Part shown: one piece after another, positions 63,426 to 64,000 of the stretch
How the letters are laid out: each line of letters starts with the position of its first letter
How positions within the stretch are numbered: position 1 is the first letter of the stretch
Source of the DNA: Azolla caroliniana
Lineage: Eukaryota > Plantae > Polypodiophyta
NCBI GenBank assembly: GCA_043228905.1
Contig: JBHGNT010000016.1
Span: 620,001 to 684,000, forward strand
Length of the DNA stretch: 64,000 bases
Direction of reading: 5' to 3'
Program-made: the position numbers and the translations under genes
The notes under the pieces: generated by a model
The model's input: the letters and a program-made list of their open reading frames with translations, nothing else
The model's database searches: none
Told to the model about the DNA's origin: nothing

Positions 63426-64000
63426 CTAAAATCCAAAACAATCAAAATCATCAAGATAATGAAAAATAGATTTTCACTGATTCACAGGATAGAAAACGTA
63501 TTTATGACATATCAAACAAATATTCCATACTCTAAAATGTGGGCTATGTATTTTGTCACAAGCTCAACAGAGATCCTGGACAATATGATCTCTATTTGTG
63601 TAATAGAAAAAATAACCTTGGCTGAGTTGGTCTTCATGAAAGAACCAAAAAGGTCAACTCCTTGGGGAAGGGAACATAATCTTAGATATTGCAATGAGAA
63701 GTGAATAGAATACAAACCAGACATTGGCCATGGTAAACATATGTAGATGGTGAGTAACCTCTTACCCAAGGTAAATATATTTGTTCTCCAATGCGAACTT
63801 TGTCAAGGGATATTTTTCTTGTTGATGCATTTAAAACTGTATCACAAGTTTGCAGATTTCTTTGAGGTCCCATGACGTTGCAATACTCTATTTTATTGGG
63901 GATAAGGAACCTCAATGTAGTTTGGTAGAACCAGCATTTGGTGCAGAGCATGGGAAAGTAAATGAATATTGTGATACAAAAACAAGCCTACAGTTACAAA

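Noticed and set aside
63682-63951. Possible further TONSOKU exon
   Set aside because: It has a GTAAG donor-like site, but no frame resembled the expected TPR sequence

Overview
Eukaryotic plant nuclear DNA; the TE lineages and gene structure suggest a seed-free land plant such as a fern, but this is inference. Bases 1-30750 are a nest of LTR retrotransposons. It holds degenerate Ty3/Gypsy elements, including a tRNA-Trp-primed family with 4-bp NCGT target sites, two Ty1/Copia remnants, solo LTRs and a hAT-type MITE. One chromovirus (Tcn1/Tf1-like, 10713-16391) appears intact and very young, with identical 438-bp LTRs and a 5-bp TSD; an older relative lies at 24946-29679. The right half is a gene island: ELP2 (+, 10 exons), an RGI-like LRR-XI receptor kinase (-, 2 exons) and the 3' part of TONSOKU/BRU1 (-). 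The most notable signal is a cis-element set conserved between the two diverged chromoviruses. It comprises an in-phase heat-shock-element array just upstream of the TATA box, a Tf1-type self-primer in place of a tRNA PBS, a tRNA-like A/B-box hairpin with compensatory changes at the U3 edge, and a G_UUA_AAC plus pseudoknot -1 frameshift signal. All alignments were made by eye.
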